Source: Candidatus Electronema aureum (GTDB lineage Bacteria; Desulfobacterota; Desulfobulbia; Desulfobulbales; Desulfobulbaceae). From it: 32,000 nucleotides of DNA. Within the stretch, counting starts at the first letter, position 1, and every line of letters begins with the position of its first letter. The notes beneath the pieces were generated by a model that ran no database searches, was not told where the DNA came from, and saw only the letters and a program-made list of their open reading frames with translations. The translations under genes were made by a program, and so were the position numbers. Shown one piece after another: positions 23,841 through 31,755 of the stretch. The DNA lies in contig NQJD01000005.1 in the NCBI GenBank assembly GCA_004284765.1, forward strand, positions 1 through 32,000. The letters are read 5' to 3'.

Positions 23841-25610
23841 TCACGCCGACAAAATACCGTGAATCGTCTCCGGGATAGCCGCATCTACCAGCACAGCTGC
23901 CTCACGGCAATGCGCGGACACTGACCAAGGCATATCCCTATACAGGCAACCCGCCGGGTCTTGCACGATACCTGCGCCGCCCACTCGGAGGATTTCTGCC
24001 ATACCTTCAGTGCCATCCTCACCCACGCCGGAGAGAATCACCGCCACCGCGTCGTCTTTCATGATTTCCGCCACCGAAAAAAATAGCATGTTGATCGAGC
24101 CGCGCTGGGTGGCAAAAGGCGCGGAGGAAAGGTGCAGTACCAAGCCGTCTTCGCGTTCATGCACAGTCATATATTTTTCGCCCGAAGCGAAATAACAGAC
24201 ACCCGGTTCCAATGGAGCGTTGTTCTCGGCCCGCCTAATTCGCAGCGGTGAAAAACGATCCATGTATTCAACAAAGGCATCAAGATGTTTGGCCGGGGCG
24301 TAAAACATGACCAAATAAGCAGCGGGATACGCGGCGGAAAGATGAGGCAGGAGTTTGAGTAACGCACCGTAGCCGCCTTCTGCTGCGCCAATAGCCACGA
24401 CTTTTTCGCAGCGGCTACCTGGCGGAAAACCCGCCTGTTTGTCCTTGTTCACCGCCCGAACATAACGCACCGCCTCCAACTCCACTTCAGCAGCAAGATG
24501 CACCTTACGGGCAATGTCCCTCGTCTGCTCTTCAAGATCGGTTTCAGCGTTTCGAGAGGGCTTGGCAACAAAATCCACAGCTCCGTACTTGAGTGCATCA
24601 AAAGTAACGATTGCGCCGTCTTGAGTCATGGAACTGAGCATTACCGTGGGCGTGGGTGCTTGAATCATCAAATGTTTGATGGTCTTCAAGCCGTCCATGA
24701 TTGGCATTTCTACGTCCAACGTAATGACATCCGGCTTGAGCTGAGGAATAAGCTGAAGAGCCTCTTCGCCGTTCTCAGCCTCACCTACCACCTGAACAAA
24801 GGGATCGTCCTTAAAGATGCCCGCGATCACCTTGCGCATCATCTTGGAGTCATCCACGATGAACAGGCCGATCTTCTGCTGCGCCATGCGGTTTGTCTCC
24901 TGTGCTAATCCGCTATTTTTAGCGGTTTCCCGTTTCAGCCTTGAGGTCACGCGAATGGTTTCCAGCTCCTGCGTGCTGATGGTGCGCTCTGGCGTGTACT
25001 CCTCTGATTCAATCAGAAAGCCTAAAGGCTGCCAGTCGAAAATTTCCAAGGCCGCTTCAGCCGCCTTTTTTTTTTCGCAGGCCGCGTTGATCAGGATTCC
25101 TTTGTCAAAATCGAGCAAGCCGTGTTTTTTACTGCCGAAACGGACGGAAATTCTTGCTGTCTTCTGGACTGCCTCAAAAAAAGCCACAATTTTGGCTACA
25201 GAAATACCAGGCTGATAATCGTTTTCATCTAAGCGTTGGAGACTTTCCAAAACTGCGCAGCCGATGGTCTCTAAGTTGGAAGGTTTGGCGAGGAAAAGAA
25301 AAATGGAATCTTTACAAGAGCAGTTTGCCACGGCCTTGATCGCGGGATGCTCGCCGTTGGTCATCACAATGCACTGGATGTGCCGGTACGACGTGGAGAC
25401 CAAAGAAAGTACCTCTAAGCCGTTCAACCCGCCGCCATGTAAATTGACCACCAGCACCGCGATCTTTTCCTGCCTGAGGATAAACAACTCCTCACCCCGG
25501 CTGGTGGCGGTCAACACCTCATACTGGCGGAAAGATTCCAGCAATTCAGAAAGATCATTGACAAAGAGCAGATCATCGTCAACGATAAGAATTTTGGATT
25601 TATCAGACAT
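23841..25610 (-). CDS. pseudo-receiver - PATAN(DUF4388)-like - receiver - CheB-like (catalytically degenerate) protein
   Basis: REC1: KILIVDDD...IAVLVVNLHGGGLNG (Asn at the phospho-acceptor position). Middle: ISVAKIVAFFEAVQKTARISVRFGSKKHGLLDFDKGILINA...AEAALEIFDWQPLGF (PATAN-like). REC2: LFIVDDSKMMRKV...PDVITLDVEMPIMDG...AKP. CheB-like region: IGAAEGG in place of IGASTGG, VMFYAPAKH in place of TQHMPPGF, LSGVGEDG. Confidence 0.8.
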   Translation of the reverse strand: MSDKSKILIVDDDLLFVNDLSELLESFRQYEVLTATSRGEELFILRQEKIAVLVVNLHGGGLNGLEVLSLVSTSYRHIQCIVMTNGEHPAIKAVANCSCKDSIFLFLAKPSNLETIGCAVLESLQRLDENDYQPGISVAKIVAFFEAVQKTARISVRFGSKKHGLLDFDKGILINAACEKKKAAEAALEIFDWQPLGFLIESEEYTPERTISTQELETIRVTSRLKRETAKNSGLAQETNRMAQQKIGLFIVDDSKMMRKVIAGIFKDDPFVQVVGEAENGEEALQLIPQLKPDVITLDVEMPIMDGLKTIKHLMIQAPTPTVMLSSMTQDGAIVTFDALKYGAVDFVAKPSRNAETDLEEQTRDIARKVHLAAEVELEAVRYVRAVNKDKQAGFPPGSRCEKVVAIGAAEGGYGALLKLLPHLSAAYPAAYLVMFYAPAKHLDAFVEYMDRFSPLRIRRAENNAPLEPGVCYFASGEKYMTVHEREDGLVLHLSSAPFATQRGSINMLFFSVAEIMKDDAVAVILSGVGEDGTEGMAEILRVGGAGIVQDPAGCLYRDMPWSVSAHCREAAVLVDAAIPETIHGILSA

Positions 25611-25848
25611 AAATAACCGCTCGTCTGATGCTCATGAGAAATCAATTATATACATAAAAAATACTGGGTTCCACAAGGACAGTCCGCACTGAAGCCAGTT
25701 CTGGCTCTACCACTATCAAGGATAGCACATCTGAGTCTGAAATCAAATTCTTTCTTCAAGAGCCGCATTTCCTGCTATTTTTTCCGATCTACCAAGAAGC
25801 AGGCCGCAGTCTGAGCAAAGTAAAAAATACGGTCAAAGCTATCCGAGC

Positions 25849-25876
25849 TTGACATCACCGTTCTATGTGCGATAAT
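25849..25876 (+). promoter_or_regulatory. Candidate sigma70 promoter for the PhnD-like gene
   Basis: TTGACA (25849-25854), 16-nt spacer, GATAAT (25871-25876), about 135 nt upstream of ATG 26014. Based on motif match only. Confidence 0.35.
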
Positions 25877-26013
25877 TCTATTAATACCATTATGTTGAAT
25901 TGTAATTTTTACTGCTTTCGATTTCATGGCAGCAGAGAGTATATGCCACAATGTCGCTCTTTTCAAGTAATCACTGCGGAGGTCTGCGGATTCTCTGCCC
26001 GAAGGAGAAAAAA

Positions 26014-26919
26014 ATGAAGAAAAGAACAATTCTTGCAGCTGCGACTGCCCTGCTGTTTATGTTTGCCCCTCTCGGTCAGGCGGCTGAGGGAAATATCAAA
26101 ATTGGTTTTTTGGTCTGGAACGGACCGTTCAAGGGGATGCAGCAGTGGGCTGCCACGGGTGAGCATCTCACAGAAAAACTTGGGCAGCCTATTTCGGTTA
26201 TTCCTTTGGAATTTAACGAAGTCCTGCCTGCGGTAGAGTCAGGCGAGGTAAATTTTTTCACTGCTGATCCTTCAATGTTCGCCGCTGCCAAAGCCCGACA
26301 CGGCGCAGAAGCAGTGGTCACAATGAAAAATTCCGTCATCGGCACTGACCACATCGGCGCGGTCATCTTTACCGCTGCTAACAAGCAAGGTATCAATGGG
26401 ATAACTGACCTACACGACAAGAAGTTTGGCGGGCTACGGCGTTGGTCTTTTGCTGGCTGGCAGATGACCGAGTTGGAGTTTCAAAGTGCAGGTATTGATG
26501 CCTACAGTTTTGTCTCCACGCTTCGTTTTTTTGAAACCCCACAGGCGGTGATCAAGGCGGTTCTCAGTGGCCAAGTGGATGCAGGCACTGTACCTACCGG
26601 CCTGTTGGAGCAGGCTTCGGCTTCTGGAAAACTGAATATGGAAGATGTTAAAATTTTAGAAAAAAAACATCACCCAGACTTCCCCTTTGTTTGCTCTACT
26701 GTCCTTTATCCCGGCTTTGTCTTAGCTCGAACCGCCGCAGTGGATAAAGCACTGGCGGATAAGGTTGCTGCGGCCCTTAAAGAACTCAAGTCAGACAATA
26801 TGGCCCTGCTCGATGCGGAAGTAAACGGCTGGATTGATCCACTCGATTACTCAAAGATTAAGGTATTACACGGGCAACTTAGGGGTATGAGCGTGGCGCA
26901 AACAGAATTTTCTCAATAA
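26014..26919 (+). CDS. PhnD-like (phosphate/phosphonate-type) periplasmic substrate-binding protein, orphan
   Basis: GAAGGAG at 26001-26007. Signal peptide MKKRTILAAATALLFMFAPLGQAAEG. IKIGFLVWNGP...IPLEFNEVLPAVESGEVNFFTADPSMF... is typical of the PhnD/PF12974-type fold. No cognate permease or ATPase is adjacent. Confidence 0.7.
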   Translation: MKKRTILAAATALLFMFAPLGQAAEGNIKIGFLVWNGPFKGMQQWAATGEHLTEKLGQPISVIPLEFNEVLPAVESGEVNFFTADPSMFAAAKARHGAEAVVTMKNSVIGTDHIGAVIFTAANKQGINGITDLHDKKFGGLRRWSFAGWQMTELEFQSAGIDAYSFVSTLRFFETPQAVIKAVLSGQVDAGTVPTGLLEQASASGKLNMEDVKILEKKHHPDFPFVCSTVLYPGFVLARTAAVDKALADKVAAALKELKSDNMALLDAEVNGWIDPLDYSKIKVLHGQLRGMSVAQTEFSQ

Positions 26920-28150
26920 TTTTACTGGTTGAACAGGGGCTGCTGAAGGCGATTCTCCGTACTTTTCCCCCAGCGGCCTTCACTTCAGCAGCACCGATAA
27001 TTTGCTCTTCAGGCCAGTCTGCACCCTTAACCAAAACATCTGGCAGCAGGGCGGTAATCAACTGCTGGGGCGTGTCTTCAGCAAAAAGAACGACAAAGTC
27101 AACACAACCGAGCGCGGCCAAAACTCTGGCCCGCTCGCCTTCATTATTCACCGGTCTGGTCGGCCCTTTTAACCGCCGCATCGAGCTGTCCGCATTCAAC
27201 CCTACCACCAAACAATCGCCGCAGGCGCGGCTTTGTTCCAAATAATCCACATGCCCAGCATGAAGCAAATCAAAACAGCCGTTGGTGAAAACCACCTTGC
27301 TCTTCTGCCGCCGGATCAGGGCCAGTTGCGCCTGCAAGGTTTTCAAATCAACAATCTTGTTTCTGTCCCAGCCGGGCCAAGGCCGCTCGCCCGCAGTGCA
27401 GAACCGAGATCGCAATTTTGTCAGCTCTTCCTCGTTCAGCGCGGCCTGAATGACTTCCCTCTCCTCCCCTGCTTCTGCCAAAATTTGGCCGATTGGATCA
27501 ACAATCAACGAATGCCCGGCTAACCTGCCTTCACCCACTGCACCGCTGCCATTACAGGCGACAACAAAGGCTTGATTTTCCACCGCCCTCGCTTGAACGA
27601 ATAATCGCCAATGATCCAGACGTGTTGAAGGCCATTGGGCGGAAACGACAATCAACATGCTGCCTGCGAAAATTTGGTTACGGCAGAGTTCAGGGAAACG
27701 GAGGTCGTAGCAGACCAAGGCGGCTATCGGCCCGAAAGGACTGCTGATCGGCAGCGGCTCTAACCCGGCTTGTAGGTATTCCTCCTCTTGCCAGAAACGG
27801 AAAAGATGGTGCTTGCGGTAGCTGCCTGCTACGCCTTCCGGTCCAACCAGAAAAAGGGTATTGCAGGGATTGCCTCCCGCCTGCGGCTCTGGTAGAGAAC
27901 CGGCGAACCAAAGTTTTCGCTCCGCTGCCTCCTGCCGCAGCACTTCAAGAATCGCTGGCGTTTCCTCTGCCAAGGCAGCAAGCTGGGGATAAGCAAAACC
28001 GGTGGCCCAAAGTTCGGGCAGGACAACCAACGTATTTTCAGGAAAATGCTGCGCAGCCAGCAACTCGCGGAACTGCTGGAGATTAGCCTGAATGTCGCCG
28101 ACATGAATTTCTATTTGCAAACAGGCGGCATGAGGGAAAAGAGTTTTCAT
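26879..28150 (-). CDS. Fusion protein: N-terminal carbon-nitrogen hydrolase (nitrilase superfamily) + C-terminal D-beta-D-heptose-1-phosphate adenylyltransferase (RfaE domain II type)
   Basis: CN-hydrolase E-K-C triad candidates: VVLPELWATGF, YRKHHLF, ALVCYDLRFPE. C-terminal: VVFTNGCFDLLHAGHVDYLEQSR..GDCLVVGLNADSSMRRLKGPTRPVNNEGERARVLAALGCVDFVVLF.EDTP..LI..LLPDVLVKGADW. Confidence 0.8.
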   Translation of the reverse strand: MKTLFPHAACLQIEIHVGDIQANLQQFRELLAAQHFPENTLVVLPELWATGFAYPQLAALAEETPAILEVLRQEAAERKLWFAGSLPEPQAGGNPCNTLFLVGPEGVAGSYRKHHLFRFWQEEEYLQAGLEPLPISSPFGPIAALVCYDLRFPELCRNQIFAGSMLIVVSAQWPSTRLDHWRLFVQARAVENQAFVVACNGSGAVGEGRLAGHSLIVDPIGQILAEAGEEREVIQAALNEEELTKLRSRFCTAGERPWPGWDRNKIVDLKTLQAQLALIRRQKSKVVFTNGCFDLLHAGHVDYLEQSRACGDCLVVGLNADSSMRRLKGPTRPVNNEGERARVLAALGCVDFVVLFAEDTPQQLITALLPDVLVKGADWPEEQIIGAAEVKAAGGKVRRIAFSSPCSTSKIIEKILFAPRSYP

Positions 28151-28854
28151 GCTTGCAGTCGTTCTAAGGCCTGCGCCGCCAATTCAGCCACGGTCACGGT
28201 GCTAATCCGCCCGTTTTCGTAAAGCCGCAGTGTCGCGTTGTCCGCAGTTAGCTCATGCAGTCGCTCTTGGCATGGGCAGCTGCCTAATAGACCTACCGCT
28301 CTGGCTGATAGCCCACGCACTGTCGCATCTGGCGAAGACAAATATTGTGGAAGATCATCGGCCATGCCTTGAGCCAAGGCCAACTCGCGGCGACACTGTG
28401 CCAATCGTCCAGCTGCCCAGAGTAGGCCACGCTGCAAGATTTCATGCTCTAAAAAATTACCATCCTGATGCGCTTCCTCGCCGTCAGGTCGCATGTAGGA
28501 GAGCAGCATGTGGACATATTCCTCGGCCAAGCCTTCGTGATAGCAGAGTATCTCTGCTATCGCCTCCGGTGCGCCCCAGCCTATACCACCTGATTCCTCG
28601 TTCAAACTCCAAAGCAGGCGGCGGATGATGATCCGGGCTTCCTTTATCTCTTTCTCTGCTAACCGGGCAACTGTCCAACCCATCGCCGAAACCGCGTGCC
28701 AGCGTAGTTTTTCGTCGCTCTGACAGATGGCGGAGAAAAGAGCGTTGATCAACTCTTTGGCGGCAAAGCCAGACAGCTCCTGCTCAAGGCGGCTGAGGTC
28801 GTTCTCGGCCTCCAGCAAGGCAATAACTAATTTTTTGATTTTACGGGTACTCAT
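28147..28854 (-). CDS. HEAT/armadillo-like helical repeat protein of unknown function
   Basis: All-helical composition with repeat-like segments (LRWHAVSAMGWTVARLA..., VRGLSARAVGLLGS...). Its stop overlaps the downstream start by 4 nt (ATGA). Family assignment is uncertain. Confidence 0.5.
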   Translation of the reverse strand: MSTRKIKKLVIALLEAENDLSRLEQELSGFAAKELINALFSAICQSDEKLRWHAVSAMGWTVARLAEKEIKEARIIIRRLLWSLNEESGGIGWGAPEAIAEILCYHEGLAEEYVHMLLSYMRPDGEEAHQDGNFLEHEILQRGLLWAAGRLAQCRRELALAQGMADDLPQYLSSPDATVRGLSARAVGLLGSCPCQERLHELTADNATLRLYENGRISTVTVAELAAQALERLQA

Positions 28855-28891
28855 GTGCTATCCAATGTCGCCCGCAGCAGACGCAGATGCT

Positions 28892-29980
28892 CTATTCCTC
28901 ACCGATGTCCTGCTCCTCGTCGATGCGCTGGAGTCCTTCCATAACCAAACCCATGAAGCCGCCCAGCACCGACAGTTTTTTTTCTTCATCTGTCAGGCCT
29001 TTGATGTAGGTGAAGCGGCCCTTCTGTTGCACTAAAAGAGCGAAGAAGGCTTCCTTGCCCGTCTGCCCGTTACAGCTACACCCAACAATTTCTCCTTCAT
29101 TGAACAGGGCTTCTGCCTCACCTTCCTCTAAATTGAAGCTCACTCGGCCGGATTTTCCACCAGAGTTGATCATTTGGAACAAGTCAACTGGGTTGATATC
29201 GGTCAAATCACCGCTCATGCCGGAGGTAATTTTTCCTGCCCGCAGGGTGTTCTCTTGGGCACGACTGACTAAAACGCGGTAGAAAAATATTTGGAGAATG
29301 GGATATTTGGAAAGGACGTGCTTGAAATCTTTGGCATTGAGAGTCGCTAATTGGCAGGCAGTGCGCGAATAAACAGAGGGATAGGTCAATTCACCGGAAA
29401 GCAGGCTCATTTCACCAAAAATGCCGCCCGGCACAATCTCGGCGATGAGCTGACTGCTGTCCTTTCTGACCACGGCCACTTTGCCGGACAGTACCACGTA
29501 AAAATTGGTACCCCGCTCGCCTTCCTCAATGATGATCTTGTTGGGCGGGTAGGTTTTCATTTTCATCAGCAGAGCCAGATCCTGCAAATCAAAATCGCTC
29601 AATGGTTCAAAAAGGTCCATCTCGCGTAGAATGCCGAAAAATTGGGCGATAATCTGCTGTTTCGCCCGCTGCTCCGCCGCCTTGAGCAGATTCATCTGCA
29701 AGGTGGAGTAGGCTTTTTCTTTTTTGTATTCAAAACGAATGAGGCCAGTGCAGCCACCGCATTCAAATTTGGCTTTTTGCTGGGGCTGGAGACTGATCCG
29801 TTGCTCCATAGGCTTGGTGTCGGTCAGTGCTTTAAGTATTTCTCGCACCAACAACAGGCAGACTTGTTTGTCCCGATCTACCGACAGAGCGGAATTTTGC
29901 ACACTGAATTCCTCACCCACATTGTATAAAGGGCAGGAGCATTCTTCGGTCACCACAAAGACAGCATTGCGGAATTCCAT
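28892..29980 (-). CDS. 4-Cys N-terminal domain + cyclic-nucleotide-binding domain + PATAN(DUF4388) protein (paralog B)
   Basis: N-domain: MEFRNAVFVVTEECSCPLYNVGEEF...VCLLLV...FECGGCTGLIRFEYKKEK. cNMP: IIIEEGERGTNFYVVLSGKV...IFGEMSLLSGE...SRTAC. PATAN: INPVDLFQMINSGGKSGRVSFNLEEGEAEALFNEGEIVGC...GKEAFFALL. Confidence 0.75.
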   Translation of the reverse strand: MEFRNAVFVVTEECSCPLYNVGEEFSVQNSALSVDRDKQVCLLLVREILKALTDTKPMEQRISLQPQQKAKFECGGCTGLIRFEYKKEKAYSTLQMNLLKAAEQRAKQQIIAQFFGILREMDLFEPLSDFDLQDLALLMKMKTYPPNKIIIEEGERGTNFYVVLSGKVAVVRKDSSQLIAEIVPGGIFGEMSLLSGELTYPSVYSRTACQLATLNAKDFKHVLSKYPILQIFFYRVLVSRAQENTLRAGKITSGMSGDLTDINPVDLFQMINSGGKSGRVSFNLEEGEAEALFNEGEIVGCSCNGQTGKEAFFALLVQQKGRFTYIKGLTDEEKKLSVLGGFMGLVMEGLQRIDEEQDIGEE

Positions 29981-30042
29981 TCACTCAAGCCCTATATGTG
30001 CTGCTGGTTGGCAGCGAAAAATGTCGGCGGAATTGGGGAAAG

Positions 30043-31167
30043 TTACTCTTCTTCGTCCATATCGAATTCTGGATCCGCCGAAGCTGGGCCTGCTGCTTCG
30101 GCCTGCTGCTCATCGATCTTCTGCAAACCTTCCATCAGCAGGCCCATGAAACCGCCTAACGGCTGGAGCTTGTGGTATTTTGCGGCTAAGTGGGTGTTGT
30201 AGCTGAAAGAACCTTTTTTCTTACCCATCACCGCAAACAGACCCTCTTTGCCCTCTAACTCGCCAAGAGTGGCATAGACAATCTCACCCTCATTAAAAAG
30301 GATGACCGCATGGCCGTCGGGAAAAATCAGATCGACCTTACCGGATTTGCCGCCAGAATTGATCAGCTGAAACAACTCCACCGGACTGATATAAATCAAC
30401 TCACCACTCATGCCAGAACTGATTTTACCGGAGCGGGCCATGTTCATCTGCGCCCGGTTAACCAAGAGGCGGTAGAAGAAAATTTGCAGCACTGGATACC
30501 GGTTGAGGATGAACTTCAAATCCTTGCCGTTAATAGTGCCGAACTTAACCACCGTGCGCGAATAAACCGAGCTGCCCGCCGGTTCACCGGAAAGCAAGCT
30601 CATCTCGCCAAAAATTTCTCCCCGTCCGATCTCAGCGATGACTTCTTTTTCGCCTTTGACAATGGCCACTTTACCGGAAAGGATAATGTAAAGATGGGTA
30701 CCTCGAGTGCCTTCGGCAATGATCACTTTGCTGGGATCAAATTGCTTGAGCTTGAGCATGGAAATCAGATCAAGCAGATCGTGATCTTCGAGCAGCTCAA
30801 AGACCTCCATCGTGCGCAAGTGCTTGAATAAAGCCTCAACATGCCGCTTGCGGGCCTTCTTATCCGCAATCCGCAGCAAGTTCATCTGGAGGGTAGAAAA
30901 GCCCTTTTCCTTTTTGTACTCAAAGCGCATCGAGCCGGTGCAACCCGGACATTTGAACGAAGCCCGCTGCATCGACATTTGGGTGAAACGCTGTTCTCCC
31001 GGTTTTTTGACCAAAGCTTTGTGCAGTTCCTGCACCAGCAACATGCAGACAGGCTTTTCAAAATCGGCACTGACCGCACCATCTTGGACTTGGAGCTCTT
31101 CGCCTGTATTGTAGATGGGACAGGAGTCCTCCGAGGTGACGACAAAAACAGCGTTGCGATAATCCAT
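30043..31167 (-). CDS. 4-Cys N-terminal domain + cyclic-nucleotide-binding domain + PATAN(DUF4388) protein (paralog A)
   Basis: The start MDYRNAVFVVTSEDSCPIYNTGEEL parallels paralog B; ATG 31167 is preferred over the TTG at 31176. It has the same CP...VC...CxGC pattern, IFGEMSLLSGE...SRT, ISPVELFQLINSGGKSGKVDLIFPDGHAVILFNEGEIVYA...GKEGLFAVM, and the shared C-terminus LGGFMGLLMEGLQKIDEQQ. Confidence 0.75.
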   Translation of the reverse strand: MDYRNAVFVVTSEDSCPIYNTGEELQVQDGAVSADFEKPVCMLLVQELHKALVKKPGEQRFTQMSMQRASFKCPGCTGSMRFEYKKEKGFSTLQMNLLRIADKKARKRHVEALFKHLRTMEVFELLEDHDLLDLISMLKLKQFDPSKVIIAEGTRGTHLYIILSGKVAIVKGEKEVIAEIGRGEIFGEMSLLSGEPAGSSVYSRTVVKFGTINGKDLKFILNRYPVLQIFFYRLLVNRAQMNMARSGKISSGMSGELIYISPVELFQLINSGGKSGKVDLIFPDGHAVILFNEGEIVYATLGELEGKEGLFAVMGKKKGSFSYNTHLAAKYHKLQPLGGFMGLLMEGLQKIDEQQAEAAGPASADPEFDMDEEE

Positions 31168-31212
31168 GCTGGTCAACCCGATTCAGAAAAAAGGAAAAAG
31201 TCCCGGCGATGC

Positions 31213-31557
31213 TCAAGATCGTCCGAAGAATAGATAAATGACAAAGGCTAGCACTGCGGCAGCTCCAGCTAACACTGGTAGCACTTTTTTAATCTGTAGC
31301 GTACCGTCCACAACTAAGGTTTGCATATACTCAGTTCCTGAGAGCCACCAAAGAGCAACGAAGATTACGACAATAATCAGCTCGTTGAAAGACTGCTTCC
31401 AGATGAGATAGCCAATCAAGGCGACAAAAGGAACCATAAACCAAGGGTTGGTAAATAGGCCGGTAAAATCAACATCCTTGATCTGCTGAGGGACATTGGT
31501 ACTCTGGAGCCAAGCACCAATTTTTGCGACAAAACCATCCGCTGCTGCGCTTGCCAT
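31213..31557 (-). CDS. Small integral membrane protein (about 3 TM), unknown function
   Basis: Start MASAAADGF at 31557 with AGGAG upstream. Hydrophobic segments WFMVPFVALIGYLIW, LIIVVIFVALWWL, VLPVLAGAAAVLAFVIYLFF. Confidence 0.5.
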   Translation of the reverse strand: MASAAADGFVAKIGAWLQSTNVPQQIKDVDFTGLFTNPWFMVPFVALIGYLIWKQSFNELIIVVIFVALWWLSGTEYMQTLVVDGTLQIKKVLPVLAGAAAVLAFVIYLFFGRS

Positions 31558-31755
31558 TTTTCTACTCCTCTTATCTTTGGTATTCTGCCCTCCGGTGGGT
31601 TGCATCCGCTTCTGACCCAACTCGGAAAAATTATTTTTTATATGGTTTAGAGTACCAGCGGAGGTAAAATCATGTCAATTAAAAACCTTGTCCATCGCAG
31701 GCTATTTTCCCGCCGTCCGTGGAAAATCCGGCAGACGGCGGCTCTTGCCCGGCAG

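Noticed and set aside
25775-26029. 84-aa minus-strand ORF in the divergent spacer
   Set aside because: It overlaps the PhnD-like start, RBS and promoter, and has no RBS and no recognisable family features.
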